The notes: a model not told the origin generated them from the letters alone. Positions 20,395 to 29,901 are shown, counted from the first letter of the stretch. The stretch: 64,000 bases of DNA from an uncultured Planctomycetales bacterium (GCA_964464475.1 CAYXGG010000002.1:93455-157454); one strand, 5' to 3'. Numbers and translations: made by a program.

Positions 20395-21925
20395 AATAAT
20401 TTTTCTGGAAAAACAACTCCCCTTTCCTGACCTTTTCCGCGTAAGCGAGCGCCGCCCCAAATAGACTCCAAGAGGGAATCGCGTAATAGGGTAGTTCCCA
20501 GACTACCAACGAATTAGCCATGCCCCACCAGTACAAAACAATCGCGATAAACAAACACCCCGCCAACGAGCGCGCTTGAATCACGTTGATCATCATGCGA
20601 CCTAATAAAGCCACTAAAACGGCGATTAGTATAACACCGACCAGACCCGCGCGGTACAGGATGTGTAAAAAGGAATTGTGTGGCGCGATCCAGCCGTCCC
20701 GCAGCCATTCTGAATCACCCCAGCCTAAAATTTCCAAAGAAATCGACCGCTGTGGGTGACCAAAAGAAAAACCACCCCAGGCTTGCTGGTCTTTTAATTC
20801 TCGCAGCATGTCTCGCCAAACAAAAAGTCTAAACAACGTATTAATGTGCGTGGTGGCTAAGGACCTTTGCCCTTGTTTGACGTCCACTTCGCCCAAATCT
20901 ACTTTTTTCCCCTGCCCCAAATTAATAACAAAGGGATTAGGGGCCGCAGTGACCTGCCCCGCCGGGCTCTCCGTGACAGCAAATCTACGTCGAGCAATAT
21001 TAATATAGTTATCGTTGTAGCGACGCATTTGAGCATCCCGTTCATCCTTGTCCCGAGGACTATACGATTGCGTGGGGATATCACGCGGAGCATAATTTTC
21101 TTTCCCCATCGCAACTTGTAAGTCATACTCGGTAAAAAGCGTCTGGATAGTACGCCAGGAGGTAATAGCCTTCATCGCGCTTATATCATTAAATCGCTTA
21201 AGCCCTCCGCCAATTAAAACAACCAATAGGAGCGCCAGCAGCGCCCAAAGCCTCTTAGACCGGGAGGTCAACACCTGCAAACAAAAATACATGGCCAGCC
21301 ACGCCCCTACCAAAAGTAATCCGAGCAAATGAGATCGGCTTCCCGGCAAAAGCCACTGCCATTGCCAAGATAAACCCAACATTATCAGCATCAGGATCCC
21401 TTTCATAAAAGGATTCTTTGTTAACAAAACCCAAATGGCCAACAAAAACACATAAGTTAACCGGAAATAACCATCAACCGTGGCCCACGCGATGGCCCCA
21501 CTTAAAGCCAAAATCAATGCTACCCCCAACCACGACCAGGACTGCGATTGTCGAACAAAAACAAAAGCAAAAACGGCGACAAAAATATAGTAAAACAACG
21601 CCGCGTTACGCAAAGCCAGCACGCCTCCCGTCGCGTAACCACTCAGCGCTTTGGCCGCTATCCAAACCGCAAAAATGCCCAACAACCATTTCTGACGACG
21701 GGAGAAAAGGTCCTCACGAAAGAAACAAGGTAAGGCCAGCAGTGCGCAACAAAAAAGTAGGATCTCTCCAATAAAAACAGGAAAGGGCAGGCCGGGAAAT
21801 TCTAAATGCAATTCCGCGAAATTTACTTTCGCGACAGACGCGCCAAATCCATAGAAAGCCAACAGCGCTAACCCCAGCCGGTTTAAGTGTAGCTGCAGCT
21901 GCGAATTCTTAGGATTAGGCATCAA
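20381..21925 (-). CDS. O-antigen ligase-like polytopic membrane protein
   Basis: Multi-TM, large periplasmic loop, R.FVWRDM, PHNSFLHILYRAG. Confidence 0.65.
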   Translation of the reverse strand: MMPNPKNSQLQLHLNRLGLALLAFYGFGASVAKVNFAELHLEFPGLPFPVFIGEILLFCCALLALPCFFREDLFSRRQKWLLGIFAVWIAAKALSGYATGGVLALRNAALFYYIFVAVFAFVFVRQSQSWSWLGVALILALSGAIAWATVDGYFRLTYVFLLAIWVLLTKNPFMKGILMLIMLGLSWQWQWLLPGSRSHLLGLLLVGAWLAMYFCLQVLTSRSKRLWALLALLLVVLIGGGLKRFNDISAMKAITSWRTIQTLFTEYDLQVAMGKENYAPRDIPTQSYSPRDKDERDAQMRRYNDNYINIARRRFAVTESPAGQVTAAPNPFVINLGQGKKVDLGEVDVKQGQRSLATTHINTLFRLFVWRDMLRELKDQQAWGGFSFGHPQRSISLEILGWGDSEWLRDGWIAPHNSFLHILYRAGLVGVILIAVLVALLGRMMINVIQARSLAGCLFIAIVLYWWGMANSLVVWELPYYAIPSWSLFGAALAYAEKVRKGELFFQKNYYEHT

Positions 21926-23438
21926 CGGTCTCTGAATTGGCGGGGTTATTCAACCTGGCGGGCATTTTCCGAAAATAAGCGAACAAAAATCCCAACAAGC
22001 TCCAAAAAGGTATGGCTGTATAAGGAACTTCCAAAAATAAAGAAAACGAAGCTAAACCGATCCAATAGCAAAGAATGGCCAGCAACAATCCACCGGTAAA
22101 TGACCGTGCGGCAAGAAAGCCGCTCGTTAATTTTATTAACGCGACCATCAACACGCCGATCAATCCAATCCCCACCCAACCCGCGCGATAGACCATGTGA
22201 AAAAATGAATTATGCGGCACAATCCATCCGGCATCAATGATTTCACGGACATTCCAACCCAAGATTTCCAGTGATTTTGATCGCTGCGGGATACCCCAGT
22301 TTATTCCCCACCAAGCCCGCTCTTTTAAAAGGTCTCGCCACATGTCGCGCCAGATAAAAACTCTATAGAGGGCGTTGATCTGCGCAGTATCTAACGAGCG
22401 CCAGTCCATTGAAGAATTAATCGTGGACAGCAACCGATTATCAAATTGTTTGTCATGGATATCTTGAGGATTAAGCCCCTGTAATTTAGAAAGGACAACC
22501 GCCTCCAACCCCTGACGAACAGCTCTCTCGTTATTAAGACGGACTTCCCCCTTAAGACGACCATCAAATTGATCCGGTGTGAAAACCTCGTATTGGACTG
22601 GTTCAAAAATGTAGTAGGCTTCACCTTCTCGGATAATCGTATCGTAATAAGTAAATTTTGCTTTAAGAGAATCCCACCGTGTAAACGAGTTAATGGCATT
22701 ACGGTCTGCGAATACCAGCACGCAAACCAAACCCGCCAATAGAAAAGCCAAACAGCCTCCCAGCTTCACCATTCTTTTCGCGCGCCACATGCCAAACAAG
22801 AAATACACCGAGAGAAAACTAAGCGTTAAAAAATAACCTATCATATGCGCGCGAGTGCCCGTGGAGAAACCTTTATACTTAAGCAGGATGGCTACTCCGT
22901 TAGCGATAAACGCGGCCCGAAAAACGGGCTGCCTCATCCGTAAGGCAATGGCCAACAGAACCAAAAAAGCCGGCAGCTGCGCGTAATCCTGCAGACATTT
23001 TCCCCACAACAACGCGGATACAATGACCGCGATCGCAAATAAAATAACATTAGACCTATCTTTATTTCTAAAAAATTCAAAAGCCAACAACACGAAAAAT
23101 GCGTAATAAAACAACGCTGCGTTGCGCAAGGCCAAAACGCCATAGGCCGAAACACCAGTCAGCGCCTTGATCATAAGCCAGACCCCAAAAACAACCCAAG
23201 CCCAATGCCAGAGTTGCCACGTTTCAGCCATAGCTAACCGGCGCCATAGCCACAACAGGAACAGTCCAAAGAGCAATAATTCTCCAACAAAAATGGGCAA
23301 GCCAATGGCGGCCACGTAAAAATGTTTTTCCGCGAATTGACTTTTTAAACACCAATAAAGACCGGTAAATACCAATAAGGTGATTCCAGCGATCCGGTTT
23401 AAAAGAATAGCTAGCGGATTGGGTAAAGCAGATTCCAT
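21915..23438 (-). CDS. O-antigen ligase-like polytopic membrane protein, paralog of 20381..21925
   Basis: Shares P.F.GE.LLF, LALRNAALFYY, WRDM, PQRS.SLEILGW and PHNSF.H..YRAG with its neighbour. Confidence 0.65.
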   Translation of the reverse strand: MESALPNPLAILLNRIAGITLLVFTGLYWCLKSQFAEKHFYVAAIGLPIFVGELLLFGLFLLWLWRRLAMAETWQLWHWAWVVFGVWLMIKALTGVSAYGVLALRNAALFYYAFFVLLAFEFFRNKDRSNVILFAIAVIVSALLWGKCLQDYAQLPAFLVLLAIALRMRQPVFRAAFIANGVAILLKYKGFSTGTRAHMIGYFLTLSFLSVYFLFGMWRAKRMVKLGGCLAFLLAGLVCVLVFADRNAINSFTRWDSLKAKFTYYDTIIREGEAYYIFEPVQYEVFTPDQFDGRLKGEVRLNNERAVRQGLEAVVLSKLQGLNPQDIHDKQFDNRLLSTINSSMDWRSLDTAQINALYRVFIWRDMWRDLLKERAWWGINWGIPQRSKSLEILGWNVREIIDAGWIVPHNSFFHMVYRAGWVGIGLIGVLMVALIKLTSGFLAARSFTGGLLLAILCYWIGLASFSLFLEVPYTAIPFWSLLGFLFAYFRKMPARLNNPANSETVDA

Positions 23439-23652
23439 GATGATTGACCTTTCAACGATAAAAGCTGGCCTGAAAAATTCTAATTCCTGGCCTTTTCCCT
23501 ACTAAAATCACTAGCGAAAAGGTCGATAGATTTCTCGAGATAGCTAAATGAGCGAACGCAGACTTGGATACCATCTTCTTAAAAAAAATCATTCCCTATC
23601 CAAAATAGATCGGTGCTCCGGGTGTATTTGGTCAATAGAAGGCCGCTGTTGA

Positions 23653-24780
23653 CTAACGAGCCGCGTTTAGTCCAGGAAAAGAAGATTTCATCAATTTGAA
23701 ACGAGTCGACATTTTCAGACCCATTTCATAGGCCAACGGTAAAGCTCCCAGACAAAATGAGCCCAAGAAAGACAAATAAAAAACCGTCTGAAACAATTTA
23801 CCCGAGCCGAATTCCTTCTGATGTTCTCGGGCCAACTGCCGAACCGCTGGCAATTCTTTTCGGGAAATTAACGCAAACAGCCTTTTGACATCCATCGTTT
23901 TTAAAGTCTTGCGACTCACCCGCTGGGCTCGTTCGACTTCTATTCCCCACTCCGGACGAACGTTTTGATAAATACGGCGCAAAAAATCTTTACCTTCCTT
24001 AAATTCCACCGCGGAAAGATTTTCTACCGCGTAAACGCATTTCCACAACAACTTCGCCGTCTCCAAACTGCAAGGCGCGGTGGTCAACCGCAGAATATTC
24101 TGGTGCATAATTTGCGACATTTCTTCTAGATCCCTTTGCCCCCGCGCCATAACGCTCTGCGACTGTTCATGAACTCGGATGGCAACACCCCACTCCGGAC
24201 GGGTCGTAATAAGAAATCCTCGCCGCACCAACTCAGACCATAATTCAAAATCCGCAGCGATACGGAATTTCTCGTTATAACCGCCCACCTCTTGAATGAT
24301 TTTCTTCTGCATCAGGCAACCGACATGATTAATAGGGGAAGCCACCAACGATCGCAGCACGATATCGCGAATGTCCTGTGGGGGTTTGAGCGGCTTTTTG
24401 ATTTTACCCTGTCCATTAATAATCACCGCCTGGCAGCTAACCACCGCATAATGCGGATTTTCATTAATAAAACTAATCTGCTTTTCCAGCCATCCGGGAA
24501 AAGCTAAATCATCCGCATCCATGCGGGCAATCCATCGCCCCTGCGCGTTGTGCAAACCAATATTCAAAGATTTGGTTTGTCCACAATTCACCTGATTCGT
24601 AATCACTCGAATGCGATCGTCTTTGAATGAGCGAATGACTTTTAACGTTGCGTCACTGCTCGCGTCGTTAACAATCAACAATTCAAAATCAGAATACGTT
24701 TGTTTTAACAGGCTGCGCAATGTATCCGGCAGATACTTGGCTCCGTTAAAAACCGTCATGAGAACCGTTAATTTACTCAT
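23653..24780 (-). CDS. Glycosyltransferase family 2
   Basis: VLMTVFN, VNDASSD, ARMDADD, DFELW; AAGGAG Shine-Dalgarno. Confidence 0.9.
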   Translation of the reverse strand: MSKLTVLMTVFNGAKYLPDTLRSLLKQTYSDFELLIVNDASSDATLKVIRSFKDDRIRVITNQVNCGQTKSLNIGLHNAQGRWIARMDADDLAFPGWLEKQISFINENPHYAVVSCQAVIINGQGKIKKPLKPPQDIRDIVLRSLVASPINHVGCLMQKKIIQEVGGYNEKFRIAADFELWSELVRRGFLITTRPEWGVAIRVHEQSQSVMARGQRDLEEMSQIMHQNILRLTTAPCSLETAKLLWKCVYAVENLSAVEFKEGKDFLRRIYQNVRPEWGIEVERAQRVSRKTLKTMDVKRLFALISRKELPAVRQLAREHQKEFGSGKLFQTVFYLSFLGSFCLGALPLAYEMGLKMSTRFKLMKSSFPGLNAAR

Positions 24781-24897
24781 TGTGACTCCTTACTGGCCTT
24801 TTCTCTTCCAACAATTGTAAAGGAAGCCAGCCCGCCTGCCGGCGAGGCAGGTATTAGACCTTTCTTCTCTTCGAGAAAAGGCGGTATTGACTACCTC

Positions 24898-24926
24898 AAA
24901 TTAATCATTAGTAGTAGAAAGGTCAA
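24898..24926 (-). promoter_or_regulatory. Candidate internal sigma70 promoter upstream of the GT2 gene
   Basis: Minus strand TTGACC (24926-24921), 17-nt spacer, TAATTT (24903-24898). Confidence 0.4.
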
Positions 24927-25606
24927 TAACCAAGTTGTTCGACAAAAGGCGCAATCGTTGGGGCGCACAAACTTCCCACCCAAAAATTGAATTTACGACG
25001 CTGTCCGGGGAAGTATTTGCCGCTGTCCAACAATCGCCCGTGAGGGTATTGCGCCAAATTAACCCGATAATGATCTTTCTGTGCGTCATGCAGGAAAACG
25101 ACTCCCTCCGGCCGCAAGCATCTGAGAGCCACTTCCAAACACCGACGGCGAAAACGCGCATCAACAAATATCAAATCGTATTTCTTGCCCAGCTTACTAG
25201 GCAATTCAATATAATCCTGTTCTTCTTTTTGCGTAGGCGCAAATTCTCCGCAACGAGGAGCCGCCTCCCAACGCCAATGCGGCTTTTCAAAACAAGGTCG
25301 AAAAGGAAATACGTGTAACGACACGTGTTTGGCTAGTCCCGATTGATCAATGAGCTGGTGAACCCGATGATACCAATCGAGGTTATTATCCACGGAATCC
25401 CAACTAAACTGAATACCTTTCTTGCTTAAAAATTTGGCAAAGTACAACGTTGAATAGCCCGACCCATATTCAAAAACATTCAGCTGTCCGCGTTGTGATA
25501 ATTTCAGTAATAACGTCTTGAAAGCATTTCTCTCGACCGCCGTCATTGCGGGTAGACGCAACCAAGAATGCAGTTTCATGATCATATCTAAACCGGATAA
25601 ATTCAT
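24923..25606 (-). CDS. Class I SAM-dependent methyltransferase (probable glycan O-methyltransferase)
   Basis: VFEYGSGYST, SVD...W, YDLIFVDARFRRRC, LRPEGVVFLHD. Confidence 0.75.
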   Translation of the reverse strand: MNLSGLDMIMKLHSWLRLPAMTAVERNAFKTLLLKLSQRGQLNVFEYGSGYSTLYFAKFLSKKGIQFSWDSVDNNLDWYHRVHQLIDQSGLAKHVSLHVFPFRPCFEKPHWRWEAAPRCGEFAPTQKEEQDYIELPSKLGKKYDLIFVDARFRRRCLEVALRCLRPEGVVFLHDAQKDHYRVNLAQYPHGRLLDSGKYFPGQRRKFNFWVGSLCAPTIAPFVEQLGY

Positions 25607-26535
25607 GAGAGCGTTCGCAAATAACGAAGTAGATTTTGAGTCGCCTGAATTTCCATTTCTAATCTAGATTCGGCCGTTAGCGTCGCGATATGTGGCGTTA
25701 AGACCACGTTGGCACAATCGGTCAATTTTCCGGAATACGGTTCACTGGGAAAAACATCCAGCGCCGCACCGGCCAAATGACCGTTGTTCAATAATTCCAC
25801 TAAAGCATCTTCATCAATTTGGTGACCACGGGAGACATTAATCACGTAAGCACCTTTTGGGAGACGGGACAATTGCGCGCGACTCAACTTCCAAGGACGT
25901 TGCGGATCATCAGCCACATGCAACGAGATAACTTGAGAAGATTTCAATAATTGAGGCAGCGTCAGCATCGTTACGCCATTCTTTCTGGCCCAAGTGAGAT
26001 CCGCTTTCGGATCAAAACCACTGACCTTCGCTTCTAATTTGACCAACATTTCCGCCACCTTGCGCCCAATGCGCCCCAAACCGACAATGCCAATCGGCTT
26101 ACCTTTTAAAAGAGAGCCGCCTTCTTTCTTCCATTCGCGTCGCTTCATCCAAGTCGTATGCAACGACAATCGACGCAACACGTCAAAGATCATCCCGATC
26201 GTCATTTCCGCCACGGGCTGAACAACGACCTCAGGTGTATTAAAAATTTTGATACCTTTTCGGGAACACCATGACGCATCAATATTATCCACACCAACAC
26301 CACAGCGACTTAAGCATCGCAATTGGGATAATTGGCTTAATACTGTCGCGTCATAAATTTCCACGCCAGCAATGATTCCCGCACAATTGCGACCCAAATC
26401 CAGAATCTGAGTTGATGTCAGCCTCTTACCGGTTGAATTTAAGGTAAAAGAAAAACCGCTTTTCTTCAGCAGTTTTAAAGGTTCCTGCCCGTACTCCGCG
26501 AAAGTTGATAAAGCGACCAGAACCTGTGGTTTCAT
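25603..26535 (-). CDS. D-isomer-specific 2-hydroxyacid dehydrogenase (phosphoglycerate-dehydrogenase-like)
   Basis: RCGVGVDNI, GLGRIG, NVSRG, DVFPSEP, TPHIA; no ACT domain. Confidence 0.88.
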   Translation of the reverse strand: MKPQVLVALSTFAEYGQEPLKLLKKSGFSFTLNSTGKRLTSTQILDLGRNCAGIIAGVEIYDATVLSQLSQLRCLSRCGVGVDNIDASWCSRKGIKIFNTPEVVVQPVAEMTIGMIFDVLRRLSLHTTWMKRREWKKEGGSLLKGKPIGIVGLGRIGRKVAEMLVKLEAKVSGFDPKADLTWARKNGVTMLTLPQLLKSSQVISLHVADDPQRPWKLSRAQLSRLPKGAYVINVSRGHQIDEDALVELLNNGHLAGAALDVFPSEPYSGKLTDCANVVLTPHIATLTAESRLEMEIQATQNLLRYLRTLS

Positions 26536-27305
26536 GCGCGTAAAATGCTCTCGTATAATTTCTTTTGCCTACCGTCTTTTGCCAGCGCCGCTTCAATCTT
26601 GGCGACATCTCCGGGGTTATCAACGCCAATGGTCTTCTGATCATAAATCACGCCGCGGATCGAAAAACCATGCTCCAGAATTCGCAACAAATCTATCGAC
26701 TCCGAAATTTCAAGCGGTGTCGGAGTTAATTTTGAAAATTGATGAATAAATTCTTTGGAAAACGCCGCCAGGCCGGTCTGCCGATAAAAAACTGGCCGAA
26801 TTTTGGTCCGCACATAAGGAATCGGCGAGCGAGAAAAATACAGAACATCCTGTCGTGCGTTAATAACCGCCTTGACCACGTTGATATCAGGAACATCTTC
26901 CTCATCCTTGATGGTGGACAATAAATTCGTACATCTAATAGCCGAATCCGCCAGCATAGGTGCTACGAGCTGGTTAATGACTTGCGGCTCAAAAAGTGGT
27001 TCATCCCCCTGGACGATGACCACAATATCCGCCGACAAATTTTGCGCGGCTTCCTCTACCCGGTCGGTACAACGTTCATGAGTGTCCGCCGTCATCACCG
27101 CCCGACCACCAAAACTTTTGACGGTCTTCACAATGGCGTCATCGCAAGTCGCCACAATCACGTCATCCAATAGTTCGCATAACGCGACCCGTCGCCTCAC
27201 ATGTTCAATCATGGGAAGATCCAAAATCTTAACTAAAGGCTTCCCCGGAAAACGCGAAGCCGCCATGCGCGCGGGAATCACCGCTACAATTCGCTTCTTA
27301 TTCAT
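26532..27305 (-). CDS. KdsB-like CMP-ulosonate synthetase (cytidylyltransferase), divergent
   Basis: IPARMAASRFPGKPL, ATCD, TDR, QGDEP, YFSRSPIP, GVDNP.D. Confidence 0.85.
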   Translation of the reverse strand: MNKKRIVAVIPARMAASRFPGKPLVKILDLPMIEHVRRRVALCELLDDVIVATCDDAIVKTVKSFGGRAVMTADTHERCTDRVEEAAQNLSADIVVIVQGDEPLFEPQVINQLVAPMLADSAIRCTNLLSTIKDEEDVPDINVVKAVINARQDVLYFSRSPIPYVRTKIRPVFYRQTGLAAFSKEFIHQFSKLTPTPLEISESIDLLRILEHGFSIRGVIYDQKTIGVDNPGDVAKIEAALAKDGRQKKLYESILRA

Positions 27306-28264
27306 TGATCACCATCACTTATTCTTTGATTCCTTAATGTTAATTCAGAAATAACAACACCCAATCGCTGCAGAGACTGATAAGCCATCTGACGAACGCC
27401 ATAAACATCCCAAACACTTTTTCCTGCAGAAGAAATCACTTGTTCAGTATGCGTACTCGTATCCATTAATAGTTTCTTTAGATTCCGGACGCTTTCTTCC
27501 CCAGGATAACTAGCCAAAAGCTGTGCTGCTAGAATCCGATCTTCGTATTTTTCAGAACCACTTAATACTTGGGCCTTCTGTAAGTATTCCTTATCCGCAG
27601 GGACAATAAGAAAACAGGAGCTACCACTCCATAAAACCCGATAAGCCTCCGAATCTTCAGGAACTCTTAATGTCACGGCACCATTGGGCGTCCTTCCAAA
27701 GCCAAGGGCAATCTCTGGATGACTCACTTGAGGCAAAACATGATCAGCAGCATTCAGACTACTTAAACGTGCTTTGACTGCCGATAAAATCACGTCAGCC
27801 ATTTTAGGAGTAGTCATGTTTGCCAATACGGGTGGGCGGTCAAAAGTTTCTATATTAACCGGAACATACGGATAGCCGTCATACAAAACCCATTTCTGAC
27901 TAAAGTCTGTTCCGTAATAATCTTTACTGCCTCGTTTCAAGAAAAACAATCGCTCCTGTTGATCTGTTTTCCAAAGTTCAGCCGATTCAAAACCCACATT
28001 GTCCCAGAGCCAAGTTAAAGTGGGTTGATTGATATCACCTTTTAATACTTCCTGAATTTGCACCATCACTTCCTGAGTGCTCCACAGGGGCTGCTGAGGA
28101 ACCAATCCCGAGCTCGTTTTCACATCGACAACGACACCACGAATAATGACCGGGGCCTCCACCGTCATCCATTCAAGACTTTTACCAACATGGATCTCCG
28201 CACAAGCTGATGAATTTATCTCCAAAATGATCAACGCGATGATGGCGAATACTTTATTTTTCAT
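27302..28264 (-). CDS. Hypothetical secreted protein with a C-terminal HEAT-like repeat
   Basis: Signal peptide; R..AA..L...PGEES...LKKLL.D...VRQMAYQSL..LG. Confidence 0.6.
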   Translation of the reverse strand: MKNKVFAIIALIILEINSSACAEIHVGKSLEWMTVEAPVIIRGVVVDVKTSSGLVPQQPLWSTQEVMVQIQEVLKGDINQPTLTWLWDNVGFESAELWKTDQQERLFFLKRGSKDYYGTDFSQKWVLYDGYPYVPVNIETFDRPPVLANMTTPKMADVILSAVKARLSSLNAADHVLPQVSHPEIALGFGRTPNGAVTLRVPEDSEAYRVLWSGSSCFLIVPADKEYLQKAQVLSGSEKYEDRILAAQLLASYPGEESVRNLKKLLMDTSTHTEQVISSAGKSVWDVYGVRQMAYQSLQRLGVVISELTLRNQRISDGDQ

Positions 28265-28295
28265 TAAGGACTAAACTTATTCCTCTGGTCACTAT

Positions 28296-29054
28296 TTATT
28301 GTGGTAATACGCCGCAGTCTACATTAATGGATTGACCGGTGATCGCACTGGCCGCATCAGACGCTAGAAACAAACAGGTTTGCGCAACTTCCGTCGCCAA
28401 CGGCAACCGTAACAAAGCGCTTTGGGACAACGCGAAATCTTTTAAATACGAATCAACATTTCTTCCTCGAGCGGGAGACGCTTTCGCTTTTAAAGCCGAT
28501 TTTAGTCCCGCCGTTTCCACATAGACAGGACACACCGCATTGACCCGAATTCCTTTGGGTCCCAATTCCTTGGCCAGGGCCTGAGTTAATCCCACCACGC
28601 CAAATTTGGATGCGCAGTAAGCGCTATTATGCGCTGAGCCGCGCTTTCCGGCCAAACTAGCCAGATTAATCAGAGAACCGCCTTCTTTGAGGTGAGCGGC
28701 GGCCGCTTTACATCCCCATAACGTTCCCTTCAAATTAGTATCCAGCAGATCGGTCAACAGCTGATCACTGATGTCCGCGAGCGCTGCCCACTGCGAGAAA
28801 CCCGCGCAATTCACATAAACATCCAGGCGTCCGGTTTTCTTCATCGCCAGTTGAACCAATTTTAAATGATCTTTTTCATATCGAACATCCATGGCCAAAC
28901 TGACACATTGTTTTTCCGATCTGATGGGCACCCCTTTAACTTGACGGGCGCCCACGACCACAAAATAACCCGCTTGCACAAAAGCTTGCGTCACGGCCGC
29001 GCCAATCCCTTGCGTTCCACCTGTAATGACAGCGGTTTTCATATCCTTTGACAT
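28296..29054 (-). CDS. Short-chain dehydrogenase/reductase (sorbitol-6-P dehydrogenase-like active-site region)
   Basis: TGGTQGIG, NCAG, GKRGSAHNSAYCASKFG, ITGQSINVD.G. Confidence 0.85.
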   Translation of the reverse strand: MSKDMKTAVITGGTQGIGAAVTQAFVQAGYFVVVGARQVKGVPIRSEKQCVSLAMDVRYEKDHLKLVQLAMKKTGRLDVYVNCAGFSQWAALADISDQLLTDLLDTNLKGTLWGCKAAAAHLKEGGSLINLASLAGKRGSAHNSAYCASKFGVVGLTQALAKELGPKGIRVNAVCPVYVETAGLKSALKAKASPARGRNVDSYLKDFALSQSALLRLPLATEVAQTCLFLASDAASAITGQSINVDCGVLPQ

Positions 29055-29118
29055 CGGTTAGCAAATCATTTCGTTTTGAATTTCAGAATTATTTAGAATT
29101 TCTTATCTTCATTTTCTT

Positions 29119-29901
29119 TTAAATAGACATACACGTAAACCCGCCATCCACCGGAACTTCCGCCCCCGTGACGAATCCGGAAGCATCTGAACATAACCAA
29201 ATAACCGTGCTGACCAACTCCTCCGGCTTGCCAAAACGCCCCATGGGGGTATGGTTAAGAATCGCCCGTTGGCGATCCGGTGTAATAAAATTCCTCATGC
29301 TCCATTCCGTGGGAAAAAATCCTGGGCGCAACGCGTTGACTCGGACATTAAACGGGGCCCATTCTCGAGCCAAATTCTCGGTTAAGTTTTTGACGCCCGC
29401 TTTCGCGACCGAATAGGAAAAAGCCTTCGGCAAAGGCGGACCCGAGGAAACCGAAGAAAGATTAATAATACAGCCCCTTTTTCTTTTCACCATATACTCA
29501 CCAAAAACCTGACAGCCCAAAAAAGTGGCTTTGACATGACTATCCAGAATAGCCGTCCACTCTTCTTCGGTAATCTTAAAAAAAGGCGTGGGCGCGTTAA
29601 TTCCCGCACCATTAATCAGAATATCCACCCTGCCTAATTCCGCCAAGATCGCCCGCAACGCCATCTCATGATACTCTTTACGCGTCACATCGATCACAAA
29701 AGTCATGACCTTGACGCCAGTTTTTCGTCGGATGACTTTGGCAATCTGAGTCATGGTCTTTTCGTTACGGTCTAAAATCGCGATGTCCGCTCCCGATCGC
29801 GCCAAGGCCAGCGCCATTTGACTACATAAATACCCTCCGCCTCCGATCACCACCGCGACCTTATTTTTGAGCTGAAACATTTTAGATAAAAATTGATTCA
29901 C
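29119..29901 (-). CDS. Short-chain dehydrogenase/reductase (sugar-acid oxidoreductase-like)
   Basis: GGGGYL, NGAG, YSVAK, RVNAL.PGFFP, TPMGRFG, VDGGF. Confidence 0.85.
   Translation of the reverse strand: MNQFLSKMFQLKNKVAVVIGGGGYLCSQMALALARSGADIAILDRNEKTMTQIAKVIRRKTGVKVMTFVIDVTRKEYHEMALRAILAELGRVDILINGAGINAPTPFFKITEEEWTAILDSHVKATFLGCQVFGEYMVKRKRGCIINLSSVSSGPPLPKAFSYSVAKAGVKNLTENLAREWAPFNVRVNALRPGFFPTEWSMRNFITPDRQRAILNHTPMGRFGKPEELVSTVIWLCSDASGFVTGAEVPVDGGFTCMSI

Noticed and set aside
24835-24851. CCTGCC-N5-GGCAGG as a REP family
   Set aside because: Only one copy was noticed in the window; it is treated as part of the leader structure.
24880-24890. ops/JUMPstart-like GGCGGTA
   Set aside because: It is on the plus strand, opposite to transcription, and the rest of the consensus is absent.
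25603-26535. serA (serine biosynthesis)
   Set aside because: No regulatory domain, and it overlaps the kdsB-like gene inside a sugar operon; only the family is supported.
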